Assembly (NCBI GenBank): GCA_039798785.1
Contig: JBDKFG010000039.1
Location: 1 to 45,048, forward strand
Reading direction: 5' to 3'
Source of the DNA: Verrucomicrobiota bacterium
GTDB lineage: Bacteria; Verrucomicrobiota; Lentisphaeria; Lentisphaerales; Lentisphaeraceae
Length of the DNA: 45,048 bases
This document shows, one piece after another, positions 9,339-17,819 of the stretch. A program made the position numbers and the translations under genes. The notes beneath the pieces are model-generated. The model ran no database searches, was not told the DNA's origin, and worked only from the letters and a program-made list of their open reading frames with translations. Numbering within the stretch: the first letter of the stretch is position 1; each line of letters opens with the position of its first letter.

Positions 9339-11048
9339 TCACTCGTCGGCGAGCTTGTAGGGAATGTCGATCTTGAAGCGTAGCTGCAGCTCCTGGAGCT
9401 GGCGGCGGATCTCAGGATCGGCTTTCTCTGTCATTTTTCCGAGGAGATGGAAAATCCTGCGCGCCGCCCACTCCCGGGCGACGGTGTCGTCGCTTGCTGC
9501 CGCCTTGTCGAAGTCGATCTTCGCCACCAGCTCGACCGCTTCGCCCCCGTGACCGCGCCCGCTGAGACGCACGACCGTCGACTTGACGCTAGCCGGGCAG
9601 CATCCGTAGAGGGACAAGGGGCTGCCGCGGAAGAGATGCGGCAGCTGATCGGGAAAGACCTCGGAGGAATCGATGTCGCCACGGAAACGGAACTTGAGTT
9701 CGCAGACGAGGGGTTCCAGCCGCCCGCGGACGAAGCGATCGAGGGCGACGCCAGAATCCTGAACCCGACTGCGGACCAGCGATTCGCCGCGGTTGCGGAG
9801 AGTCAGCAGATCGAGCAGGAAATGGTTGACCTCGGAGCCGCAGCCGAAGGCGAAGACGGAGACGCCGGCGCCGTTTTTCGCCGTCAAAGTGCGGATCAGC
9901 TCGGAGTTGCGGAGGCCGCGGAAAGTGGTGGTGAGTCCATCAGTGGCGACGAACAGAATCAGCGGCCGTCCATCAGCCTTCGCCTGAGTGATGAAAGGAG
10001 CCAGACCTTCGTAGACATCGGTCTTGCCGGAACTCCTCAGGCTGTCGAGGAATTTCCGGGCTTCCCCCAGGCTGCCGGGGGCCGGCTTGGCGGCAACCGG
10101 GAAGGCCTGGCGAGAGCTGGTATTGAAAGCGACGACATTGAAGCGGTCTTCGGGGCCAAGACCGTCGAGAGCCAGGGAGACGCCGCGGCGGAACTGCTCC
10201 AGCATCTCGGGTGAGATGCTGCCGGAACAGTCGACCAGGAAGACTACATCCTTGGCCACGGCGGGAAGCTTGCCGGCCTGCTGATTGACGCTGATGTCAA
10301 GGCGGAAATAGCGTCTCCCGGCGTTCAGATCGGTCCAAAAACAGCTGTTGACGACAAGCATGTCATCAAGAAGGGTGAGGCCTGTCGATTCGAGGTTGAG
10401 CTGCGGCAAGGCGAGAGGCGAGGAGACATCCAGGCTTGCTGCGTCATCAAAGCTGTCCAGCCCGTCGATCTTGATTTTCGGCCTGACTCCTTTGAGTGCG
10501 AGGGCGATGGAGTCGGAGCTGTTCTCCTCCAAGTTCTTGCCGGCCCCTGCCGGAGACTGGCCGAGGGCGGAGTCGATGACGCCGTCCCGATAAAGGCGTC
10601 GATCCACTCTCTCGGTGCGATTGCGGTCGCTCCAGCTATCGTCCTTCGGCGTCGGCAGGATCTGATAGATCTCCGGATTGAGAAGCGGTGCCGCGGCGAT
10701 GGGCTGGCTCGCGGGTCGTCGCTTCAAATGCTCCTGAGCGACGCCGCTGAGCTGGCTTTCATTCTTGCCAGGCTGCCGGCTGAGACCTTGCGGCGCTCGC
10801 GCCAGGCTGCCGATCAAATGCTCTCGCGACGAGAGCACCGGCCGCAGCTGTGAAGCCGGACGGAACTCTTCGGGGCGGTAGGCAAGCAACTTTGCAGGGA
10901 AGGGCGTATCCTTGGCGCGGAGCCCGGGCTTGGGCGGATCCTGAGGAGCCTCGGGCATGGCGACCAAAGCCAGCAGTCCGAAGACCAGCCCGTGACTGAA
11001 AAGAGAAAACGCCAAAGAGGCGGCGAGGTGTTTTCCTCTGGTCCTCAT
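9339..11048 (-). CDS. Membrane-anchored von Willebrand factor A domain protein (ITIH-like C-terminal half)
   Basis: N-terminal TM; DVVFLVDCSGS MIDAS, DRFNVVAF, ATDG, VFAFGCG, PDQLPHLFRG. Confidence 0.85.
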   Translation of the reverse strand: MRTRGKHLAASLAFSLFSHGLVFGLLALVAMPEAPQDPPKPGLRAKDTPFPAKLLAYRPEEFRPASQLRPVLSSREHLIGSLARAPQGLSRQPGKNESQLSGVAQEHLKRRPASQPIAAAPLLNPEIYQILPTPKDDSWSDRNRTERVDRRLYRDGVIDSALGQSPAGAGKNLEENSSDSIALALKGVRPKIKIDGLDSFDDAASLDVSSPLALPQLNLESTGLTLLDDMLVVNSCFWTDLNAGRRYFRLDISVNQQAGKLPAVAKDVVFLVDCSGSISPEMLEQFRRGVSLALDGLGPEDRFNVVAFNTSSRQAFPVAAKPAPGSLGEARKFLDSLRSSGKTDVYEGLAPFITQAKADGRPLILFVATDGLTTTFRGLRNSELIRTLTAKNGAGVSVFAFGCGSEVNHFLLDLLTLRNRGESLVRSRVQDSGVALDRFVRGRLEPLVCELKFRFRGDIDSSEVFPDQLPHLFRGSPLSLYGCCPASVKSTVVRLSGRGHGGEAVELVAKIDFDKAAASDDTVAREWAARRIFHLLGKMTEKADPEIRRQLQELQLRFKIDIPYKLADE

Positions 11049-11077
11049 TGGCGTCTGATTCGATCGTTCAGAGGCGA

Positions 11078-11959
11078 TTATTCGTCGCTGCCTTCGCCGT
11101 CAAAGCCGTTCCACTTCCAGTTGTGCTGGTTGCCGGGCATGAAGGGATACTCAGGCTCGATGCAGGGGCGGCTGCCGTAGGGGAAGGTGAGGATCTCACC
11201 GACGCCGACGACTTCGCGGACGATGAAGCGGCCGATGCCACGGACGGTGCCGTAGGTGATGCCGGCGGCATGGCCCTGGTCGGAAGTGACGTCCATCCAG
11301 TTCTGGGGGATTTCCCAGACGCCGAAGAGGACGTTGGAGAGGCCGCGGCCGAGGCGGTGGGCAGGAGAGCTGCCGTAGACGGTGTCGTAACCGTCTTCAA
11401 CAGTGCGGTCGCCCCAGAGGGTGGTGTTCTTCTCGACTTCTTCGCCCTTCTCGTTTTTGTCGAAGGTGCGCTCGCTGAAGTTGGAGTCTTCAGCGGGGTC
11501 GAAGCCGACCCATCCGGCGAAGAAGTCGCCGATTTCAAGGAGGTTGGTGCCGAGGTAGCCGTGGGCCAGCAGGGGAGCGGCCTGGAGGCGGATGTCCCAG
11601 TCGTTGCGGTAGAAGCGGGTGGTGGTGTCGGCGCCTTCAGTTTCGTTGCGCCAGGGACCGAAGGAACTGGTCTGGTAGGTGCCGGCGTGGAGCGAAGGAT
11701 TCATCCGGCCCATCCAGGCGATGCCGGCTTCCTTGGCCGTGTAGGCGCCGACCTTGCCCCATTCGGTGATCGCAGCTTCGGCGCCGACGGCGGGTCCGAC
11801 GGCGATGCCGGCGTGAACCACGTCGAAGAGATCGGCGATGCGCTCCGGGATGAACATCAGAACTTTTTCGGAGGGATCGACCTCATTGTCCTTGGCTTGG
11901 GCGGAAGCAGCGAGGGCGAGGGTGAGGGCGGCGGAAGCGAATTGGGTTTTGCTGAGCAT
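11078..11959 (-). CDS. Secreted two-domain protein with C-terminal TIGR04073-like (exosortase-associated) domain
   Basis: Signal peptide MLSKTQFASAALTLALAASAQA; C-terminal RLGRGLSNVLFGVWEIP...REVVGVGEILTFP...IEPEY. Confidence 0.7.
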   Translation of the reverse strand: MLSKTQFASAALTLALAASAQAKDNEVDPSEKVLMFIPERIADLFDVVHAGIAVGPAVGAEAAITEWGKVGAYTAKEAGIAWMGRMNPSLHAGTYQTSSFGPWRNETEGADTTTRFYRNDWDIRLQAAPLLAHGYLGTNLLEIGDFFAGWVGFDPAEDSNFSERTFDKNEKGEEVEKNTTLWGDRTVEDGYDTVYGSSPAHRLGRGLSNVLFGVWEIPQNWMDVTSDQGHAAGITYGTVRGIGRFIVREVVGVGEILTFPYGSRPCIEPEYPFMPGNQHNWKWNGFDGEGSDE

Positions 11960-12190
11960 AGTCCATCCCGTTATTCGGTTACAGTCTCCGTTTCCCCTGT
12001 CTTCTGACGCAGGCGTCACAGGGCACGATGGGCAAGACAGTAGCACCTCCTCAACGAGGCGCAAGGACTTCCCAGAGTTTTGCTGATCTTCTTCAAAAAA
12101 AGCCCCTCCGGCACTCCCCCGCCCCTGCAAAACCCGTTCGCCAGTCTATTGTCGCCAGCTTCATCTGAAAAACGCAAGGACTTTAATTTC

Positions 12191-13027
12191 ATGCATCCCG
12201 TGCTCTTCGAATATGGCGGCTTCGCTCTCCGCAGCTTCGGCGTCTGCGCCGCCCTCGGACTCCTGGTCGGCACCTGGATCGCCTCCCGCCGCTGCATCAA
12301 CTACAAGCTCGACAACGACAAGGTGCAGGACATCATCATCTGGTCGATGCTCGGAGCCGTCATCGGCGCCCGAGCCTATTACGTCATCCGCAACTGGGAC
12401 ACGGAATTCACCCTCAAGCCGCTTTGGAAAATTTTCGCCATCTGGGAAGGCGGCATCGTCTTCTACGGCGGCCTCTTCGGCGGCCTCTTGACCGCCTGGT
12501 GGCTCTGCCGCCGCGCCAAGATCCCCTTCCTGCATGGCATCGACCTGATCGTCCCCTCCCTCGCCATAGCCCAGGGCATCGGCCGGATCGGCTGCTACCT
12601 CAACGGCTGCTGCTTCGGCAGCATCTGCAATCCGCAATTCCCCCTCGGCGTCCACTACCCGGTGCTCAGCGACCCTGGAGCCCACCAGGTTCGCCAGGGG
12701 CTCATCGCTCCCGACGCCACCCAGACCCTCGCCATCCACCCCTCGCAACTCTACGAAGCCGCATTTCTCTTTGCCATCGGTCTTCTCGCCTGGCTCCTCT
12801 GGCGCCAACCCGCCCGCGTCGCCGGCCGCTGCTTCGGCTTCTACGCCATCGGCTACGCCATCTGGCGCTTCTGCCAGGAATTCCTCCGCGATGACACCCC
12901 GCGGCACGCCTTCGCCGGCCTCAACCTCAACGCCGCCCAATTCACTTGCTTACCTCTCATCGCCTTCGGCCTGTGGCTCGTGCTGCGCCGCGGCCCCGCC
13001 CAGGAGTCCTCAGAAAATGTCCCTTGA
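12191..13027 (+). CDS. lgt: Prolipoprotein diacylglyceryl transferase
   Basis: MHPVLF, IGARAYYV, IWEGGIVFYGG, IGRIGCYLNGCCFG, HPSQLYE, RFCQEFLR. Confidence 0.95.
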   Translation: MHPVLFEYGGFALRSFGVCAALGLLVGTWIASRRCINYKLDNDKVQDIIIWSMLGAVIGARAYYVIRNWDTEFTLKPLWKIFAIWEGGIVFYGGLFGGLLTAWWLCRRAKIPFLHGIDLIVPSLAIAQGIGRIGCYLNGCCFGSICNPQFPLGVHYPVLSDPGAHQVRQGLIAPDATQTLAIHPSQLYEAAFLFAIGLLAWLLWRQPARVAGRCFGFYAIGYAIWRFCQEFLRDDTPRHAFAGLNLNAAQFTCLPLIAFGLWLVLRRGPAQESSENVP

Positions 13028-13979
13028 ACCGCTCACCTGGATCGCCGAAACCGATTCCGAGAATCCTCCCCGCCTCGACCGCTTCCTGTCGCTGAAAGTC
13101 CCGGAGCGTTCGCGCACCTGGCTGCAGACTGCGATCAAGGATGGAAAAGTCACCCACAGCCGCCACGGCGAAGCCATCTCACCGGTGCGCGCCAATGAAA
13201 GCGTCCTGCCCGGCGATTCGATCTCCCTCGTCTTGCCCGCTCCGGAAGCGGAGAAGGTCTGCGGCGAAGAACTCCCCCTCAGCGTCGTCTACGAAGACGA
13301 ATATCTGCTGATCATCGACAAGGCCGCAGGCATGGTCGTCCACCCCGGCGCCGGGGTCCATTCCGGCACCGTCGTCAACGCACTCCTCGGTTTGGATCCC
13401 GAGCGCTACAACGCCATGGATGACGGCGAGCACCGCCCCGGCATCGTCCACCGCATCGACAAGGAGACCTCGGGCCTCCTCATCGTCGCCAAGGATCTGC
13501 GCACCCGCGAATTGATGATGAAGCTCTTCGCCCAGCACAAGATCGAAAAGACCTACGTCGCCCTGGTCCGCGGCGTCCCGCCCGGCCGCGGCCTCCTGAA
13601 AACCTTGATGACCCGCTCGAAGGTCCACCGTCAGCGGATGGAAGTCACCGAGGACGAAGACAAGGGCAAGGTCGCGATCACCCGCTGGAAGCTGATCGCG
13701 GACTCCAACGGCGCCGCGCTGATCAAGGTCCGGATCGAAACCGGCCGGACCCACCAGATCCGGGTCCACATGGCCCACCAGGGCTTCCCGGTGATCGGCG
13801 ACAAGCTGTACGGCAATCACCGCCTCGAGAGGAAGGACAGCCCGGATCGCCACCTGCTGCACGCCTGGCGCCTCGCCTTCACCCACCCGATCACCAACAA
13901 GCCTCTGGTCATCACCTGCCCGGTACCCGCCGACTTCCTCGCCGTCGCCGCCAAGTTCGGCATCGACATCGAAGGCTGA
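13017..13979 (+). CDS. rluD: RluA/RluD family pseudouridine synthase
   Basis: S4-like RLDRFL; DKAAGMVVHP; RPGIVHRIDKETSG (catalytic Asp); ETGRTHQIRVH; LHA; overlaps lgt stop. Confidence 0.9.
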   Translation: MSLEPLTWIAETDSENPPRLDRFLSLKVPERSRTWLQTAIKDGKVTHSRHGEAISPVRANESVLPGDSISLVLPAPEAEKVCGEELPLSVVYEDEYLLIIDKAAGMVVHPGAGVHSGTVVNALLGLDPERYNAMDDGEHRPGIVHRIDKETSGLLIVAKDLRTRELMMKLFAQHKIEKTYVALVRGVPPGRGLLKTLMTRSKVHRQRMEVTEDEDKGKVAITRWKLIADSNGAALIKVRIETGRTHQIRVHMAHQGFPVIGDKLYGNHRLERKDSPDRHLLHAWRLAFTHPITNKPLVITCPVPADFLAVAAKFGIDIEG

Positions 13980-13991
13980 GCCGCCACCCGC

Positions 13992-14018
13992 AAGCCTCCG
14001 CTCCGGCGGAGGCTTTTT
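13992..14018 (+). terminator. Intrinsic terminator after rluD
   Basis: AAGCCTCCG/CGGAGGCTT stem followed by T run. Confidence 0.8.
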
Positions 14019-14119
14019 CTGTTTATGACGCCTCATCCCGCCTGCGTCTTGCGCAAAAACCCGTTCTCCTTCGTTGATTCCTCGTGTTCCCCGCAATCCA
14101 GCCACCGGAGAAACCCCCG

Positions 14120-15577
14120 ATGATTCCTCGCTTCGCCCTCTTCGCTCTTCTCGCCTCCTGCAGCTTCACCTCCTGCGCCAGCGGCATCAACGAAGGCATT
14201 CCCCTGGAGCGCCTGGAGCGCGAAGACCGCGCCGGGATCGAAACCTATTTCCGCCAGAGCCTGCAAGGAGAGGCGGCCACGCTGCCGCGCGAGCGAACCT
14301 TGCGAGCCAAGGAGGTCGCGAGCGCCCAGACCGCCCTCTGGGCCGACTACAAAAACGCCGCCGTCGCCCTCGGCTGGGACAAGCAGATCAGCGCCCCCGC
14401 CGCCGTCCCCCCCCTCCCCTCTTATGAAGAATTTTCCAAGCTGCCGCGCCACCAGCGCCCAAAAATCCCGCAATTCGCCGCCTCGAGCCTGCCCTGCGGC
14501 ACGGAAAACATGCCCTACATCACTTTGACCAAAGGGCAGAAGCCGGCCCAGGGCTGGCCGCTCTTCTTCCAGACCCACGGCGGCGGCAGCACCGATGACA
14601 AACTGCCCGGCCCGCACGCCTGGGGACCCAACAGCCAGGACTGGCAAGCCCAGGTCGGCCTCGCTCTCTTCATGCTCCCCAAGGACGGCTACTACTTCAT
14701 CCCCCGCATGGCCAACGACAACAAGGGCCGCTGGTGGTTCAAGCACAACCACATCGCCTTCGACAAGCTCATCCGCCACGCCATCCTCTTCCGCGACGTC
14801 GACCCGGATCGCATCTACATGATGGGCATCTCCGAAGGCGCCTACGGCACCGAGGCCCTCACCCCCTTCTGGGGCGACCGCTTCGCCGGCGGCTGCGCCA
14901 TGGCCGGCGGCGCCGGCGGCGGCGAACGCTTCTACAACCTCCGCAACACCGCCTTCCGCAACGACACCGGCGAGCACGACACCATGTACGGCCGCCGCAA
15001 ACTCGCCCAGGAAACCCACGAGTACCTTGAAATGCTGAAGAAGGACGACCCGCAAGGCTACGACCACTTCCTCAACATCCAGGCCGGCAAAGGCCACGGC
15101 ATCGACTACCGGCCCGGCCCGGCCTGGATCGCCGGCAAGACCCGCAACCCCCGCCCCACGAAAGTCTGCTGGTTCAACTTCGAACTCGACGGCCAGCGCC
15201 GCACCGAGTTCTCCTGGCTCTCCCTCGCCAAGGCGCCGGAACGCGACACCCTCATCATCGCCGAAATCGACAAGGCCGGCAACCGCATCCAGATCAGCGC
15301 CAAGATCACCCCGCCGGATGTCAAGAACGAGTCGCCGGTCTACAACACCAACACCCCCGAGCCGGTGAAGAACCGCCTCCCCCTCAGCGGCAACAGCCTC
15401 TTCGTCCACCTCGACGACAAGCTCCTCGATCTCGACAAAACCGTCACCATCGAAGTCAACGGCAAGCTCGCCTTCAAAGGAAAGGTGGCCCGCCAGCTCA
15501 GCTTCATGGCCGCCGACATCGCCCGCCATGGCGACCCCGGCCGCGTCTTCCCGGGCCGCGTCGAAATCAAGCTCTAA
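14120..15577 (+). CDS. Secreted or lipoprotein alpha/beta hydrolase (esterase/peptidase-like)
   Basis: Signal peptide with Cys; PLFFQTHGGG, VDPDRIYMMGISEG (GxSxG), GEHD, GKGH. Confidence 0.75.
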   Translation: MIPRFALFALLASCSFTSCASGINEGIPLERLEREDRAGIETYFRQSLQGEAATLPRERTLRAKEVASAQTALWADYKNAAVALGWDKQISAPAAVPPLPSYEEFSKLPRHQRPKIPQFAASSLPCGTENMPYITLTKGQKPAQGWPLFFQTHGGGSTDDKLPGPHAWGPNSQDWQAQVGLALFMLPKDGYYFIPRMANDNKGRWWFKHNHIAFDKLIRHAILFRDVDPDRIYMMGISEGAYGTEALTPFWGDRFAGGCAMAGGAGGGERFYNLRNTAFRNDTGEHDTMYGRRKLAQETHEYLEMLKKDDPQGYDHFLNIQAGKGHGIDYRPGPAWIAGKTRNPRPTKVCWFNFELDGQRRTEFSWLSLAKAPERDTLIIAEIDKAGNRIQISAKITPPDVKNESPVYNTNTPEPVKNRLPLSGNSLFVHLDDKLLDLDKTVTIEVNGKLAFKGKVARQLSFMAADIARHGDPGRVFPGRVEIKL

Positions 15578-15665
15578 GCTCGGAACCACGAATGAACACG
15601 AATTTTGACGCGCGAGCTGACGCTCGGGCATGAAAACATGACGCGGGGTCAAGCCCGCGTCATTT
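15577..15665. repeat. ~89-bp dispersed element, copy 1 (left arm plus hairpin ATGACGCGGG..CCCGCGTCAT, probably acts as a terminator)
   Basis: Near-identical to 16788-16877. Confidence 0.9.
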
Positions 15666-15683
15666 CTTTAATTCATCGTTTTC

Positions 15684-15712
15684 TTGCATTCGCATGCCGC
15701 TAGTCTTATGCT
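15684..15712 (+). promoter_or_regulatory. Putative sigma-70 promoter of the MotA/FliL-like gene
   Basis: TTGCAT-17 nt-TATGCT. Confidence 0.4.
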
Positions 15713-15756
15713 GAAACCAGCCGCGCTTCTGCGGTCAATTTCAGGAATTCCCCGCC

Positions 15757-16732
15757 ATGCGCTTTTCCTTCGCACGCTATCTCGGCTCGGTCGCCGCCTT
15801 CATCCTGCTCTATTGGGCTTGCACTTGGACAGGCTCGGCGTTCGATACCAGCAAGTTCAAGCTGTTTTACGACATGCCGAGTCTGCTCATTGTCTTCGGG
15901 GTCAGCCTGGCCATCGTGATGGCTCGCCACGGTCAAGACGCCTGGCGACGCCTTCTGCCGGCAATGTTCCTGAGTCCTTGCACCCGGCGCCAACAAGCCG
16001 ATGAAGAACTGGCCAAGCTGGTCAAAACCGCCATCGGGTCCGCTTGGCTGAGCGGCGGCTTCGGCCTCCTCGTCGGCCTCATCCTGCTGCTCGCCAATCT
16101 CAACGACCCCACCAAGCTCGGCGGCGCCTTGGCCGTCTCCATCCTCTGCCCGCTGTATGCCTTCGTGCTCCATCTCTGGCTTTTCGTCACCATCGGCTGG
16201 GCCCAGTCCAGCGAGGAAGGGACGACTGCGATCCCCGAGCCTTCACTGGCTCGCAAGGCCGGGCTCATGGCCTTGACCCCGTTCAGCGCCATCCTGATTC
16301 TCTCCTTCATTTGCAGCTACAATCCCGAGGAAGGACAAAGAATTCACGGCTCTCAAATCGGAGAGGCAGTTCCCGATGACGAATTTGATTTCGGCGTCAT
16401 CGAAGCCAATCTCGCCGGGCCCGAGAAGAAACAGCTCATCAAGGTGAATCTCGTCCTTTGCGTCGCCCCTGGATCTTCGTCGTTCTGCTCGGAAGCCGTT
16501 CTCGGCAAGCAAGGCTGGAGCGGCAATTCCCTCGATTGCAGCCACCGCATCCGCGCTCGTCTGCAAGAAGAGATGTCGACTTGGACCCTAGCGAGCATCG
16601 AAGCTCCCGATGCCCGCCAGAAACTAGCCGAAAAACTGCTCAATCTGGCCCGCGAGACGATCGCGACCAAATCCTGAATACGCGCGCCCCCACCTCCATC
16701 GCGCCTACTTCAGCAACTTCATCGTCCTCTGA
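15757..16732 (+). CDS. MotA/TolQ/ExbB-like membrane domain fused to FliL-like domain; frameshifted near 16670 (ORF stops at 16677, FliL-like tail ends at 16732)
   Basis: FYDMPSLLIVFG and GLLVGLILLLANLNDPTKLGGALAVSILCPLY (MotA TM motifs); IEANLAGPEKKQLIKVNLVL (FliL-like); +1 frame NPEYARPHLHRAYFSNFIVL*. Confidence 0.65.
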
Positions 16733-16785
16733 TCACTCGAACAAGGCGCAGTTCATCACGAGCAGGCGCGGCGATGCCCGTCTCC
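16733..16785 (-). pseudogene. Displaced 3' tail of the FIST gene, relic 1
   Basis: Reverse strand reads RASPRLLVMNCALFE* versus the gene's RQSPRLLGMSAVAALFE*. Confidence 0.8.
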
Positions 16786-16787
16786 TC

Positions 16788-16914
16788 AGCTCGGAACCAC
16801 GAATGAACACGAATTTTGACGAGCGAGCTGGCGCTCGGGCATGAAAACATGACGCGGGGATAAAGCCCGCGTCATTTTTATATTCGTGTCCATTCGTGTC
16901 CATTCGTGGTTCCG
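16788..16914. repeat. Dispersed element, copy 2, complete with inverted right arm (large stem-loop)
   Basis: CGGAACCACGAATGAACACGAAT ... ATTCGTGTCCATTCGTGTCCATTCGTGGTTCCG. Confidence 0.9.
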
Positions 16915-16930
16915 CCGCTGGCAGCTCATA

Positions 16931-16973
16931 TCACTCAAACAAGGCGCAGACCGCTAGCGTGAAAGCCGATGTC
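16931..16973 (-). pseudogene. Displaced 3' tail of the FIST gene, relic 2 (internally deleted)
   Basis: Reverse strand reads IGFHASG joined through GCGG microhomology to AVCALFE*; the gene reads HIGFHASG...AVAALFE*. Confidence 0.8.
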
Positions 16974-17052
16974 TTGCCTTGGATGACTCCCCTCCCCCGC
17001 CAGCTCAGCATCGCCCCCTTGCCGTCGTTTCCAAATGGATTTATCGTCCTCT

Positions 17053-17286
17053 ATGCAACTCAGCCATGACCAGATCCAATCGATGAGTCTCCAGGAAAAA
17101 ATCCTGGCGATGGAGTCACTTTGGCAGGATCTGCGACAAGCGCCCGAGAACCTCGTCCTACCGGACTGGCACGAAGCCGAGCTTCGGGAAACCGAAGCGC
17201 GCCTGGCTCGCGGGGAAGAGGAATTCCTCGACTGGGATCAAGTCGAGGCGGAACTGAGGCTCAAGTGGTCCGATAGTCTCACTTGA
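17053..17286 (+). CDS. Putative addiction module antitoxin component (TIGR02574-like), orphan
   Basis: MSLQEKILAMESLWQDL...PDWHEAELRETEARLARGEEEFLDW. Confidence 0.85.
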   Translation: MQLSHDQIQSMSLQEKILAMESLWQDLRQAPENLVLPDWHEAELRETEARLARGEEEFLDWDQVEAELRLKWSDSLT

Positions 17287-17311
17287 AACTGCACTTATAA
17301 GATCAATCTCA

Positions 17312-17815
17312 ATGCAACTGAATTCCCAAACTTCCTTTCGCCTCAACGCAAGTAAAGTAGCGTGCTTCTCTGCTGACTCTTTTCAAATCGCAATCCTACC
17401 ACAGAATGACCACACATTGGTTCAGGTCAGCATGGGCTCGGGCATCCACAGCAAATGTGAAGCCATTGGTGAATTGCGCATTACGCATATGATCCATCAG
17501 CAGTTTCTAGACAAAATCAACGCCATTCTTCAAGAGCCAGAGAAAACTTGCAATGGCAGATCCACGGTCCACTTCAAGGTCACAATCTTTGTCGGACCAT
17601 CAAGCCAAATTCCGTCAATTGATATCTCCAGTTCAGACATACCGATTGAATGGATGGAGGAAATGGCTTCTGATCCACAAGTCCGGCCGGAAATAGCAGA
17701 AAAGATCAAAGTGGTTTTAGCTGCTGGCTACCACAACTGGTCTCATAAATTATTCCAAGAATCCAAAATCTTTGTCGACGCTCTGCGGGTCTCAGGACTT
17801 GGCAGATCTCCGTAG
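17312..17815 (+). CDS. Hypothetical protein (AT-richer cargo)
   Basis: 167-aa ORF with non-host codon usage, filling the gap up to the FIST stop codon. Confidence 0.6.
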   Translation: MQLNSQTSFRLNASKVACFSADSFQIAILPQNDHTLVQVSMGSGIHSKCEAIGELRITHMIHQQFLDKINAILQEPEKTCNGRSTVHFKVTIFVGPSSQIPSIDISSSDIPIEWMEEMASDPQVRPEIAEKIKVVLAAGYHNWSHKLFQESKIFVDALRVSGLGRSP

Positions 17816-17819
17816 CCAC

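Noticed and set aside
15577..16877. Composite transposon carrying the MotA/FliL-like gene
   Set aside because: No transposase or target-site duplication, and copy 2 lies beyond a FIST tail relic, so independent insertions are simpler.
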